DNA of 64,000 bases from Malacoraja senta (taxonomy: Eukaryota): contig CM075989.1 of the NCBI GenBank assembly GCA_038087875.1, forward strand, positions 22,074,001-22,138,000, read 5' to 3'. Every line of letters starts with the position of its first letter. The first letter of the stretch is position 1. Of the stretch, positions 1 through 14,174 are shown in pieces. The notes under the pieces are model-generated. The model did not search any database, had not been told where the DNA came from, and worked only from the letters and a program-made list of their open reading frames with translations. A program made the translations under genes and the position numbers.

Positions 1-91
1 TCTCTCTCTCTCGTCCTCTCTCTTGCTCTCTTCTCTCTCTCTCTCTCTCTCCTCTCTCATCTCTCTCTCTCTCTCGTCTCCTCTCTCTTCT

Positions 92-181
<90 letters not shown>

Positions 182-190
182 TCTCCCTCT
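1..190. repeat. (CT)n microsatellite, truncated by the window edge
   Basis: Nearly pure CT dinucleotide run. Confidence 0.98.
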
Positions 191-429
191 CGCCAAAGGC
201 TACCTTATTTTATATTTATCAGTTTACACTAATCGGTCGTGCAAACAGATGACGGTCGATTAAATGAATGATTCTCTTCAATAGGCAAATTGATCAGGTG
301 AGGAGGAGACTAGCCCTCCTTCAGTTCACCTGCCAGAAAAAAAAAGATTTATCTCACTCAGTACTTTCCAACGCGGTTCCGTCAAGATTCACAACTTCCT
401 GTGTCCAGCGGAGACTCCAATCCTTCACG

Positions 430-481
430 ATGCAAATAATTTCGGACACTGAACAAAGACAGTTGCAAGCAATGATGTTTG
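430..481 (+). CDS. NR2F2: Putative alternative first coding exon of NR2F2 (isoform lacking the DNA-binding domain), MQIISDTEQRQLQAMMF
   Basis: ATG at 430, 17 codons plus 1 nt, then a strong donor G|GTATGT (481/482) in phase 1, which matches the exon 2 acceptor and gives ...[12 protein letters not shown]. Resembles the recalled N-terminus of human isoform b (MQAVWDLEQGKYGF-AVQRGR). Confidence 0.75.
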
Positions 482-3400
482 GTATGTTTTTAATAAATAT
501 ATATGTACTTTTGTTTACTTAATCGAGGGGAATTACGTTTTTCTTGCTCAAAACATTATCGTTCTTAAACACCTGTGTTAATTAATCTATATTATTTTGA
601 CACGAAGCAGGTTTTGAATTCGACACATACTTCTGGCCTATTGAATATCCGTTAATAACAATTAAAGTTTTGCTTTAATTATTTTCTAGGTATAATGGCA
701 ACAAATCATTAAATCAAGGTCGGGTTCTCTTTCTGACTATTTTGAGAAACCAACGCATAGTTTCTTATGCTCTGGGTAGATAATATACGTGTTTCCAAAT
801 GGATAGCACCGGTCGGAAATCCAATTGAACAGTGAATAGGTTACAGTGCCGCACGACAGTGTAATATTGGGAAATATGCAAAATAACCAGCAGAAATAAG
901 CATACTCGCCAACCCCGAAATAAACCAAGGGGATTGGAATCTTTCTAAACCGGGTTCCAGCCGTGTACGCAAAAATCCATCGCCTCTAACCCCGTGTTTC
1001 AATGAATTAGATTTGTTTTTCAATCATTGCTAAATTGCTGTGTAATAGTGGTTTGATTTACAACGTTGAATATCGCCGGCGAGCTCATTAAAAAAAAACT
1101 TTTCTCTCAATATAAGAAATAAGAACTGAATCGTCGCAAAATCTATCAAGTAAAACGTTGCTACAATCAACAGATTTAATTTGAACTGTGTATTAGAAAT
1201 TGGTACTCACCGTTTTAATCTAGATCCAGATACTCATCTGATGATTTTTGTGTGGGAAATGTATATTTATTTATTTGAGGGGCGAAGGAGCCGGCATCAT
1301 TTTGGCTTGGCTTTACTGTTTTAGATGAACCGTTTTTAGAAGGGGGGAAAAAAGGTCAATTAGCAATCGGTTGTTTTGGAAATAAGACCAATTCCTGGCA
1401 CTTAAGTCAAGCCAAGCGTAGAGGCAGATCTATACAAAACAAAGCGACGGAGATCACGGAGACCCGTTCAGCAACGTCCGAATCAATTAGAGAAAAATCC
1501 TAAAGAATTAATCATATTAAAGGTGCAGAAGTTTTTTTTCGGGGTATAAAGGACGTGTTGTGAGCAAGGAGGCGCCGCGATCGCTTTGAATGGCTGTTCA
1601 GCTCCGGAGTTCTACAGCGACACTCCATACGCTAGGTGGCAGCCGGATACTGTACAAGATTTTGACAAATTCTCCAGCATATGCTGCGATTCTAACACTG
1701 TAAATTTTTCAGAAGCCCGCTGCACTGACAGCTCCCGGCGGTTATCAAAGTGCCACAAGTCACCGCTTAAAAACTGCAATGACTTTGAGATCACCGGGAC
1801 ACAATGGGAGCCACTTTCCCCTATTCATTGTGTTGAGATGTAGAGAGAGAAGGAGAGGGAGGGTGGGAAGAGGGAGAGAGAGCAAGAGAGAGAGAGAGGG
1901 GGGGGGGGGACAGGGTGAATTCACAGGGAACTCAAATTCAATAGATTTAGCTGGTTATCAGAGAACAACTGGAAAATAAGTGGCATCTAGTTCGTGGAAG
2001 AAATAGGTTTCAATAAATATGCCACAGTTGGCATGCAACACAATATTAATTTACCAAATCCTGTACACCTTCATACCTTGGAAACTATTTAAACTCCGCT
2101 GATTGGTTTCTCTCTAGTTTGGTGTCGGAACAACTCAAACTTACTTTTGACAGTATCATATAAAGTGTATCCTTACTGTCTTATTAAAAATACTAAACAG
2201 CGATTCAATTTTGTACCAGAAAACGTGTTTCAAACTTTTGCCTGCACCTCTTAAATGAGCACTTAGCAACACGCATCCTTGGCTGGATAACATTGATACG
2301 CTGGAGTTTAATTACTAACAAAATATCTTCATTTCCTATTTCCCCAAACTAACCGCCCAGTGCACTCCAGTCTGTCGGCTATCTGCTCAAATTAAATTAA
2401 TATTTTTGCCAGGCACATTGAAGCCGATGAAGTTAAAACCACGCGTACTTGTTCCTGTAAGTTGCAACATATATGGTGTCGGACCGCTTAACGGGAGGGT
2501 TTGTGTTCGTGTCTTTACCGACCCAAGTGAGCGTAGTTGCTGTACAATTGTGAACTGGTCATTTCAAGAATAGGGAGGTTATTTACCTCCAAGTAAACAC
2601 GGAGGTAATTTTTTTTAATCACATGCCAGTAATCGCTGGGAGGCTACAGCGGTTACTGTACCCAAATATTATGTGCATTCGGGTAGATATGTGATAGATG
2701 AGGAGAGGAGAGAGGAAAATTGTACCTCCCTCCAAGTAACGGTATTTAACATTCTACCCATTGAACTTCAAAGTAAACACCTGTTTAATGCAATGTTCCC
2801 ATATGTGTGCGTTATATCCTTGGACGGGTATAATTCCTTATTTTATATATTAACCGCGTAACAATGCGAGCATCGACAGGGGTGAGAATCTCTGAATATT
2901 CTCGGTAACACATACGATGATATCAATTTTGAACGGACCATATCAAGGGTAAAGGATGCATCTAACATCTGCTTTAAAGTGCGTGTGTATTAAATTGTAC
3001 ACTTTTTTTTAAATTAAAGTACCGTGAAATGTAAAGATACAATTGGGCGCGAGCGGATTCTAGATAGCACCCAGCGTCCGACAATAATGCCTTTTCCTTC
3101 ATACATACCAATTCAATTCCATGCAGATATTTAGTATACTAGATGATTTTCGGGAAGTATTAATTGCTGCAATAAAATATAGCTTATAAGACGACTGGAC
3201 TCTCCAAAAACATTGAATTTACGTAAGTTTGATATTCCTCACGACAATATTAGTAATTCTGCTAGTTAATTCGAGTTAACTCTAGTAGCATTACCAAGAG
3301 AGTAGCCCTATCTGTCCAGAATGACCGCTGTACCTAATGTGACATCAATGAGAATGTCTATTTTTCCCCAAAATAAACACATGATACGTTGAAACCCATT

Positions 3401-4584
3401 AATATTGGGAAACAGGGAAGAACATCATATCGGAACAACTCAATTCTGAAGCATGATTCTCTTCTATATAGTTTCGGACATGTTGATGTATAACTGCATA
3501 TCCTCACGTCTATATCAGTCTTCCTATATGTTACAATGTATTTAGCTGATCAGTTATACGCATACTTCAAAGCTATTTTTCACTCTTTAGTATTTCAAAG
3601 GTAACGCGTTATTTATCCGAATTAATAATGGTTCATCAGATGAATGAGATTCTCTCGAGTATTCATGGGGTTTTTTCCAAGGCTAGTCACCTTGTCGAAC
3701 GCACAGAAACAATTCTTCTCCATAAACTGACCGCAGCTGATTTCTGACATTATTTCACTTCGTTGCATTTGGCCGCATTTATTAAGTTTCCTAAAAAAAA
3801 TCTAGCTGGCGTTAGGATGTCCCAACTCATACAATAGCAATCGTCGCTAATGTTACATCTTCAGCATCAACTTCGGCCTCTGATTTAAAAAAAAGATGCG
3901 TTTTTCTGTAATAATTTTGTCTTGACGGACCTTACACATTTGCAGCAATAAGCTTATCATAGAATCCTTCAAAATTGTATACACATAGTAGGCATATTGC
4001 AAACTCTGGAGTAATAATAATGCCAAATATACTATTCATATTTCAAAATTCCACCCTCACAAGGCGCGCTTGCATATATGATTGTAATTGGGAATATTCA
4101 ATGTCTGCTGTTGCATGAGTTTGCTGTTGTTTTTTAATTTCATATCCTTTATTAGTTGATTTAATATAATCTGTGTATTAATTTGTATCTATGGGTAGCT
4201 CATTTGAGAAAGTTGCATTTATTAAAGAAAAATCTACCGTCGCACCCATCAAAACCCATCTTTGAAGATTTATTTTTAATGAAAAGAGAAAAAGTGAAGG
4301 GAGGTTTGGGGGTGTCTGTGGCGTGGAGTGTGGGGGGGGGGAGAGAAGTAGCTTTTTTTTTGGGGGGGGGGGGGGGAACTTATTTTTCAAAGTGGACCCT
4401 CTGCGCATGGATTTCATGTAAATTTGCTGGCGGCCAGGATGTGTTAGATAATATGGAAGGTGCCCATCCAATGCGGTGCAGGGGGCGTGCTACAAGTTCC
4501 AGCCCCTCGAACCTAAAGCCCTGACCAGTCGGCTTTGATTGTCAGTCGCCAGAAGCAGGCGCTTGGCTCCGTCACTCGGCAGCG

Positions 4585-4651
4585 CCTTATAAGGAAATCA
4601 TCTCCATAGAAACGTGTCAGTTTGAATAGTCGTGTCAAAGTTCACTATATA
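4585..4651 (+). promoter_or_regulatory. NR2F2 main core promoter: CArG box, DR1 element and TATA box
   Basis: CCTTATAAGG at 4585-4594; GTGTCA-A-AGTTCA at 4632-4644; TATATA at 4646-4651, about 950 bp upstream of the ATG. Matches the recalled DR1/TATA layout of COUP-TF promoters. Confidence 0.8.
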
Positions 4652-4889
4652 CAGGCATCCGCGCAGATTCCCCCTTTCAGAAAAATTACTCCGCAAGCTC
4701 GCTCCTTCAAATCGGATTCACTTCCAACCCCTTTTGCATATTTGATCAGTTTGATTATCTCCTCTCTTCCTTTATTTCCCTGCCTCTTCTCGCATGAGAG
4801 AGGTTGCATAGCTCTTCCCTTTTTTTTTGCACGACGTCGACTCTTTTTTTTTGTAGTCCCTTTTCGCTAGCGAGTTGTTGACTCTCATC

Positions 4890-4890
4890 G

Positions 4891-4928
<38 letters not shown>

Positions 4929-4935
4929 TGAGTGA

Positions 4936-4968
<33 letters not shown>
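4890..4968. repeat. (TG)n microsatellite in the predicted 5'UTR
   Basis: Interrupted TG run. Confidence 0.95.
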
Positions 4969-4972
<4 letters not shown>

Positions 4973-5214
4973 TCCAGCACTACCGGTACGGCGAAGAATC
5001 TATGATCAGTTGATGGTCGGTCACTTCTACTCCGGATCGTGCATCTGCCTGCAAGAGACGAGCCTTTTTTTTGCTTTCAGTCTTTAACCTTTCGTCCCTC
5101 TTTTTCCTTTTTTGATGGGTTTCCTGAATGGCTGACTGCGTGTTGCCCTGGTCTTGGCCCCCCGACAATCGAATCTTCTCTTCCGATCGGGTCTGAACTG
5201 CTGCTGCTTGCTGC

Positions 5215-5430
<216 letters not shown>

Positions 5431-5509
5431 GTATTTTTTTTTTGGTCGGCTCATCGCTTCTCCTTCCTTCATTTTCTCCCCACCCCCGATCCAAAAGACA
5501 AGACCTGTT

Positions 5510-5550
<41 letters not shown>

Positions 5551-5596
5551 TTTTGTTTTGTTTTTTTTTGCTGCCTGATAACACTCTGCCCGAGAT

Positions 5597-6008
5597 ATGG
5601 CAATGGTAGTTAGTACGTGGCGAGACCCGCAAGACGACGTGGCCGGAGCTCAAGTCACACAGCCACCTCCGCCTCAGCAAGGACCGCAACAGCCTTCCGG
5701 AGCACCCCTTACCCCGCAGACCCCAGGCCAACCTGGAGGTCCGGGCACGCCGGCCCAGTCCAACCAGCAGCCAAGCGAGAAACAGCAGCAGCATATCGAG
5801 TGTGTGGTGTGCGGGGACAAGTCAAGTGGCAAACATTACGGCCAGTTCACCTGCGAGGGCTGCAAGAGTTTCTTTAAAAGAAGTGTGCGCAGAAACTTGA
5901 CGTATACATGTCGTGCCAACAGGACCTGCCCAATAGACCAACACCATCGCAATCAGTGTCAGTACTGTCGCCTGAAAAAATGCCTGAAAGTCGGCATGAG
6001 ACGGGAAG
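5597..6008 (+). CDS. NR2F2: NR2F2 (COUP-TFII) coding exon 1: A/B region and two C4 zinc fingers
   Basis: [12 protein letters not shown]...[36 protein letters not shown]...CLKVGMRRE; donor G|GTATT at 6008/6009, phase 1. Confidence 0.97.
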
Positions 6009-6216
6009 GTATTGAGAATTAATTTATTTCAAATGTTTGAACCGCTCTTACCCGCCGACCTAGTTAAAAAAAAAAGAAGCCGAAATGTTTGATTCTATAA
6101 AGTTAAAATGGGCTACCATGCTTGCATGCCTCACTCAATTGCTACCGCCTGTCTGTGTAGTTTATGGTTGAGAAACTCAGTTAAGTGTTCTTGCAAATGT
6201 TATTTTTTGTTTTCAC

Positions 6217-6260
<44 letters not shown>

Positions 6261-6261
6261 C

Positions 6262-6293
<32 letters not shown>

Positions 6294-6367
6294 GGGGTGA
6301 GAGAGTGTGAGAGAGAGAGAGAGAAAGAGTGTGTGTGGGGAGAGAGAGAGAGAGAGAGAGAGAGAGT
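6217..6367. repeat. Compound (TG)n/(GA)n microsatellite in intron 1
   Basis: Seen directly. Confidence 0.95.
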
Positions 6368-6758
6368 GCTGAAAAATTATAAGTTGTAGAATAACCATAG
6401 AAAGCGTGTTTTGATTGTAATCTAATTTGATAAAATGTGCTAGGTCACACACGCAACCGCACGAGAAGAGAGGAGGGTGCTACTAATGCACCATGCAAGT
6501 TGGAGCAGTTTGCAAAGTCGAGATAGGAAAATAAATCAGCCATTGTTTTAAAATATGTAATCAGTTTTTACACGCGTTAGGGAAATGACATAGCAAAATT
6601 GCATTGCAGTGCTTGGCTTAGCATATGCAGTCGTGGTTTAAAATATGCACCATTGTGCTGCGGCATAGGTGAGATTTATTAAACAAAAAAAGCAGTGTCT
6701 GCGGCAGCTCTTGCATTTTTTGGGGGGTTGTATTGTGTGAAAAACTGTCTGAAAATGA

Positions 6759-7364
<606 letters not shown>

Positions 7365-8380
7365 TGATCTGTAATCAAAACAGCCATGATATCATATCAG
7401 AATGGAGATTCAGGCGAATATTCAGCGTCATTTTCCGTGCACTTAGAGTGCTGGCATACACTCTCCACATAATACCCCCTAATATTGAAATGGCTGGAAA
7501 AAAAGAGTCTTCATTTGCTGGAGCAAAATATAAGTTTAAAAATATGATGAAAACACTCAGTGAGCTTTTTAACCATTTGTAGTAATTCGTGTCATAAGCA
7601 ATTGCTGCATAATTCCCAACACATTGCATGGGAATGTACATTATTATCAAAAGAAAAATGCTGTGCGGTTGTAAATATTGAAGGAGAGTAAATTATTATA
7701 TATATATTTCATTTTTCGCGTGTTTTAGTTAGTCATTCCCATTTATATTGTGTTCAGAATTGCTGCACTTAAGTTATAATATTACCACAGCCGCTCATCT
7801 AGAGCTGGCATAATGCGTTCAAGGATTGATATCAGCAAACAGAAAAAAACAGTTTATGTGAGTAAGCGGTCCACAATCCCTTCCTTGTTGTGTCAGAGTG
7901 ATCTGGGGATCTAGAGGACTCCCTGGACCTTTTCAAGTGCAGGAGTCGTGACCCAAACTTCCTTTTTATATATATATATTCTTACTTCACACATAAAAAC
8001 GACGCTTTTCCAAAATGTCTTTTTTAACCAAACTAATCAAATGAAAGTGAACATCTAGTTAGAGAAAAACAATATTCAGGCCACTGAGCTTAAGTGAGGG
8101 TGACGTTTTGTGTGTTTGCTTTAAGTTAACACATGCCAGCTTTTATGAAGTAGTATTTTTCTTAGTCTTTTTTTATACTTGAATTACTAACCGACTTGGA
8201 AACACTTTTAAATTTTATGCGGTTTATTTTGTTTGTTCAGTCTACTTGATCCTACTCAACCAGGAGCAATCGATGACATTACCATTGCAGTTAATTTATT
8301 ACTATTTGTAAAATGTCAGGCCTGGTGTGCAACGAAGCAAGCTCACTGTTTTGTGAGCACTTTGGTGTTACACGTTGATG

Positions 8381-8382
<2 letters not shown>

Positions 8383-8429
<47 letters not shown>

Positions 8430-8444
8430 TAATATATATATATA

Positions 8445-8518
<74 letters not shown>
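8383..8518. repeat. Compound (TA)n/(TG)n/(CA)n microsatellite in intron 2
   Basis: Seen directly. Confidence 0.95.
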
Positions 8519-8782
8519 TGTAAATGTATACACTGCTCGCCAGTGCAGGCTAAATCTGGTTTAAGTTTACAAACGCCAAAAAGTATTATGTGAAATGTGG
8601 CTGTGAATGGTTGCTATATCTGTGCTTTGTGTTTTCTTTGATGCCTGTAATAATATGCGTCTGCTGGGCTGGGTTTCGGTATTGCAAGATGCAATGGCCA
8701 GGTCAGGTCATAACCTATGCTCTCTAATTAAAGGTCCCATGCTAGTGCGGGTGTCATATATTTAATCCTACACTTTTTCTAA

Positions 8783-9109
<327 letters not shown>

Positions 9110-11690
9110 ATAGGAAGGGGGAAAAAGGCAAGTGACATTATTTTGCAAATTCCTTCTGTAAAGAAGGAAATAAAAGGCTGTTACAAGTTTACCTATGTGA
9201 CGCACAAAAAAAATTGAAGAGTGGGAAGAATAAAAAAAAGGACTGTGGATTTCAATGACTGTACACGAACTTAAAAACAAACGCATTCAAAAACTCTTCT
9301 GTGTCGTTCAGAACAACTTGCTACTTATCATTTTGTAACAAAAGGAAATTAGTCTTTTATTTTGGTTTATTTTGTAAACTTTTGAGAAATATCGATATAA
9401 AGATAAGTGCATTTAAACAAGAATTTCAAAATTAGGAGGAAAGAAAAATGACATTTTTCCAAATTATTATAAATTGTCCGGTGTCTATGTATCTATAGCT
9501 GTTTTGTATTATTCCTGGTTTCAAACCAGTCTCCTCTGTGATTCTCTACTAATAATTTTGATATAACCATTGCTTCTTATCAGATACGGTGTATCACGTG
9601 AATATGTTCTGCAAGAATTAAAACGGAACCCGCTAAAATGTTAGATGAAAAGGTTTTTTTTAAAAAACAGAATCGCAACTTAATGCTGGAAGCGCACTTA
9701 TAGTGTTAACTCAAAATACGTTTAATTTGGGGGGGAAATGGACTGCAGACCTATATTAAATGATACACACTTGTAATTTAAAAATCCATTGTTGAAAACT
9801 CGTTAATATTGACATGTGGGGGGTGGGGGCGGGAGTACAATGTGGGTATATATCTGAAAGCAAAGATCCTTTATGTGTCCAAGACACAGTACAATATTTT
9901 TCATTAAATCTATGTGGCTCAATTTAGTTCCTGTTGCAGTATAGAATCGTACGAGGTTCCAAAACACGCCTGTTTGTATATTTCCCACCCATTTGTAACA
10001 ATGATAAACCCTTAGCCCTTTTAAAAGGAAAAACAACCACGATTTATTTTCTTGGATTCAGCATGGAACTCAATGTCGGCACTTACTATTTTACGTGTGG
10101 TTAATTAAGTATCTGGAGTTTACAGTCGTGTATACAAGCTGAAGGGTTTTTTTAAGTGCAAAATTTCTGTACTGTAAAAGTTATGATTGGATTGTTTGGT
10201 CAGTCTTGTGTGTTATATTCAAGAAAAAAATGAAAGTATTCGGAGATTATAATATTATTTGATATATGGAACTTTTCGCTGTTACAATTGTATGTTCACC
10301 CAAGGAAAAAAAAAAATCTCATTACAATGGTCAAACATCGCAGTTTACTGGAGTCATTACAATTCGTGCATTATTTGTCTTATTTACTCTATATACCTGT
10401 ATAGTTTACCGCCACAGTCTGTAGTAGTGGACAAACCACATGCTTTTTCAATGAAAGCATAAGTCGTGGACTCATGCTGCTCCTTGCCTTTAGGTCTTAG
10501 CGATGACACCCTAAAGATACAGTCAAATGGCCCCTGTACGACACGCCGTACCCCTTTCCTTTTTAAATTCAAAATGCCATGGGGATTTTGACCACCGACC
10601 CTTATTTAGTTCTAACTTAAGTGCCTGTGCAACCAATGTACATTAGACAGGTGTTAGGAAGCATGGATCATTATGTATGTTAATGGTCAGGGTTTTGTTT
10701 TGAAGCTTATTGTGTCTGAAGTTCACGCACATAACACACTTAAACAAGCAATTGCTACTAGGAACAGTGTTGATTGTAAATAAAATATATTAAATGAGAT
10801 TTATTCCAAAAAAAAAGTATGTCTGGAAAAATGTGGTTGCCAATTTTTGTTATTGGAAGATCTTCAAACGGAGGGTGATGTGGCTGACGTTTGATGTGTA
10901 GCACTACAAGTGAGCCTGATTTTATGTATATAAATATAAATTCATTTGAATTTTTATATATGGAAATAGACTGTGAGAGCATGGCCACAGGTCGCGAATA
11001 CATTTTACATTTGTTACATACATGTAAATGTTTGATTGTATAGAGGATATACATTTGGGCGAATGTTTGGCTTCAGTGCTCCCATATACCCTTGTTTAAA
11101 AGCAAAACACACACACATACACACACACATACACACACGCACACACACACACACACACACACATACACACACGCACACACACACACACACACACAAAAAG
11201 CAAAAATAATAACAGAGCGAGCTGGCTTGGGTTGGCCAAGCTATAGGTTCCAAGCTTTTTCCGGTAGTGCTGCAGTGTGAAAACTTGCATTTTGTCCCTT
11301 TTTTTAAAGAAAAAAAGAAAAAAAACCCTTTTTTTTGTGTGTGGCTTTCGGCCGCATTCTACATCATGTTATGGGTTGCACAAAAAAAGAATCATTTTGT
11401 ATAGTTGATGGAACAGTGATCTTTACCTGTTATAGAGACAGATATGGACCAGAAATGATGTATGATTGTCATTATTAACACGTTTGCAGCTGACCCGCGT
11501 TTTTTTTTACTTCAGGGTATTGCTACGCTGTTCTAACTTATAGATTGAGCCTTTTCAGATGTTTTTTATTGCAAGTACTATGTGTGTGGAGTTACTACGC
11601 CAGACTCCTGTTTGTGTTAGCTATTGTATACAGCGTTTTTGTTGTAAATTGTTCTTGGTATTAAATTATAATTTATGGCTTTGAAACAAA
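9110..11690 (+). other. NR2F2: Probable long AU-rich NR2F2 3'UTR (3' end uncertain)
   Basis: No interspersed repeats. Blocks at about 9320-9360, 9480-9570 and 10150-10240 resemble the recalled mammalian UTR. Candidate poly(A) signals AATAAA at 10779-10784 and ATTAAA at 11660-11665. Confidence 0.55.
11108..11195. repeat. (CA)n microsatellite
   Basis: Seen directly. Confidence 0.95.
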
Positions 11691-12203
11691 GTCTCTCCCT
11701 GTTTCATTCCCAATTTTCTCAACATAAATATTGATAACTCGAAGCGCTCGTCATAATCAGCGATACTGCGATCAGCGAGGCTGCGTGTTGCCTCGAGTAA
11801 AGTTCCACGGTTTCAAGTTTCTCACAATTTGTCTGCTTTGCGTTGAGTTTAGATTAGTTTTATAAATTATAATCCCCCCGCCCCTCCACCCACCAGCACC
11901 ACCACCTCCTCTCCCTCCGTCGAAATCCCCCTTCCACACTTTAAAAAAAGTTTTCCCCCTTTCTCGCTGCGTTAGAACAATAAAATTAACCCGGGGTGAA
12001 ACTGACAAAAGGGATTGAAATTGACGAGCTTGTCCTTTAACTGGCAAGATCTGAGGCCGTTGAAATATGGTGACGAGCCCCTGAAGTGTCCATTTTTTTC
12101 CTGCGGCTTTTTTTTATCTGATCTTACTTCGCATTTCTCTGCTAGGGGTTAAAAGAAACCAGCCAAACATGCTCTGCAAGCTTGTAGGAATCCAGCATGC
12201 CGC

Positions 12204-12260
12204 CCCTCCTCCCTCCCTCTCTCTCTCTCTCTCCCTCTCTCTCTTTCTCTCTCTCCCTCT

Positions 12261-12293
<33 letters not shown>
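12204..12293. repeat. Compound (CT)n/(CA)n microsatellite
   Basis: Seen directly. Confidence 0.93.
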
Positions 12294-12295
<2 letters not shown>

Positions 12296-14174
12296 CTCGC
12301 AGCGAGGAGAGGGAGGACTGGGCAATATGTGACTTCACTCGACATGCTCAGTAAACCCAAGTGATTTGCCTTTAACCGCTAATGACCAAACCTCGGCAAA
12401 CTGAGGGGTGGGGGAAGCATATCAGATCATGTTTTACAACGCGGCCAGGCGATCTTTAAACATCAACAAAAAGCCCCATTAAGAAGATATAACTCAATAT
12501 TACACCACATCAAACCCTGTGCGATTTCTAAAAGGCTGTTTTTAAATCTAGACACTGGTGTTACGACATGAAGTTTGCTGCATTCTTTCCCTGTTTGTCG
12601 TTAATGTATTTTATTGGGAGGTTGAAGGAGGGGGGGGGGGGGGGGGGGGGGGGGGGTGTATTTGTAATCGGAGATCGAGCGTGTGAAAGTATGCGCTCAG
12701 CCGGCTTGGTGTTAGTGTCCTGTTAGCAGCCCAACATGGCGTCGTGTTTTCTGCTGCCGTCTCCAGGCGAGTGGTAATAGGAAACATATTTCAACCCCCT
12801 TTTGCTATTTACGTACAGGCCCGCTCTCATAAAACTATTAGCAGCAGGCAACATGCATCGGCTTTATTATATATATACATATATATACATATTTACAATA
12901 TATATGCTTATATTTACAATCGTAACCTGAGAGCGATCCAAGGCTGGGGGGATTGAGAGAGCTCGGGTCTGGTGCTGGAAGCGCAGTTGTTTTCGCGATA
13001 GACAGTCAGATTTTTACCCCTTAAAGACCTCGAGGTTAAAAAAAGGGCCGACATTTCACGCGATCCTATTGTGGATTCACATTTAAATATGCAAAAATCG
13101 GCGGCCTCAATTCAATCTCAACTCGCTGCAACTAATACAGAGTGGAGTCGCAGGCTACACACACACAACCACACAACTACAATATATAATCGCTGAGATA
13201 GTTGTCTCTCCAATGCTCTATATAAATCGCTGCGCCCCATAAACCCTACTTTCGGTTATTCATTTATTGTTTTTTTTAATTGCAAAGACCAAAAGTGTTA
13301 AATTCAACCCTCTGCAGCAGCCCGGCTTAATGGGGGCGATGACAAAAGCCAAAATAAAGAAAAGGGACACGAGTGATTCAACTAAGTTTGGATTCCCCGT
13401 GCCATCGACTTAAGGGAAAGGCATTTGCAGCGTGTGAGACGCAGACACCATCAGAATTCTATACCTCTGCGAGCATTTATTTATTTAAACTGGGCTGAAA
13501 GTTGCTTCAGATGATCCCCACCCCCTCCCCTCCCAACTATTTTCTCGAATCTCAAAGCCTCCCCACTGCGGTGTTGCCTAATTAATGGTGAAGCGCAACT
13601 CAATCTAATTACTCAGTAATTTTAAAGCAGTTAAATTTGGGCATTGGTTGTAACAGGATTCCAGTTGATGAAGAAGTTTGCTTGAAATGTGTGTCTGTGT
13701 AGGCTCAATCAATATAAATGTATTTATTGACAAAAAATATATATCCAGAATATTCTTTAGAGATAAGGCCTTTAAAAGCACTGGCGTTTAACAGGAAGGT
13801 CAGCGTTATAAAATAGACAGAATACTTTGCAACTGTTTTCTGTTCCTTACACATAATCCGCGACAAATGTATTTTAATGCAGTCTTAAGGCAAAGATGAT
13901 TGTCGTTATACTCGCCACCTCAAGGACTGCAATGCAATTCTGCAGCAATTTGTATCATAGGTCTAGGGGGCTGATTTCAGTTGACAACGCGTGTGCTGGG
14001 TTTGAACTCTATAATTTGCACTTATGTCCCCGTATTAGGATCGCACAGGGAACTAATGAGCTCTTGCTTCGCCGAATGTCACATTTATTTATTTTCTTCA
14101 GCAGAAAGTTTCTCAAAGAGCGGAGGGTTTGCACGAAAAAAAAGTCCCAACGCTGCTTGACACAGCACCGAATC

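Noticed and set aside
268..522. 84-aa ORF as a stand-alone gene
   Set aside because: It has no ATG before 430, and only 430-481 looks exonic; the rest reads through the splice donor.
500..4500. Orthologue of the NR2F2-AS1 antisense lncRNA
   Set aside because: Plausible by position, but no exon or promoter can be supported from the sequence alone.
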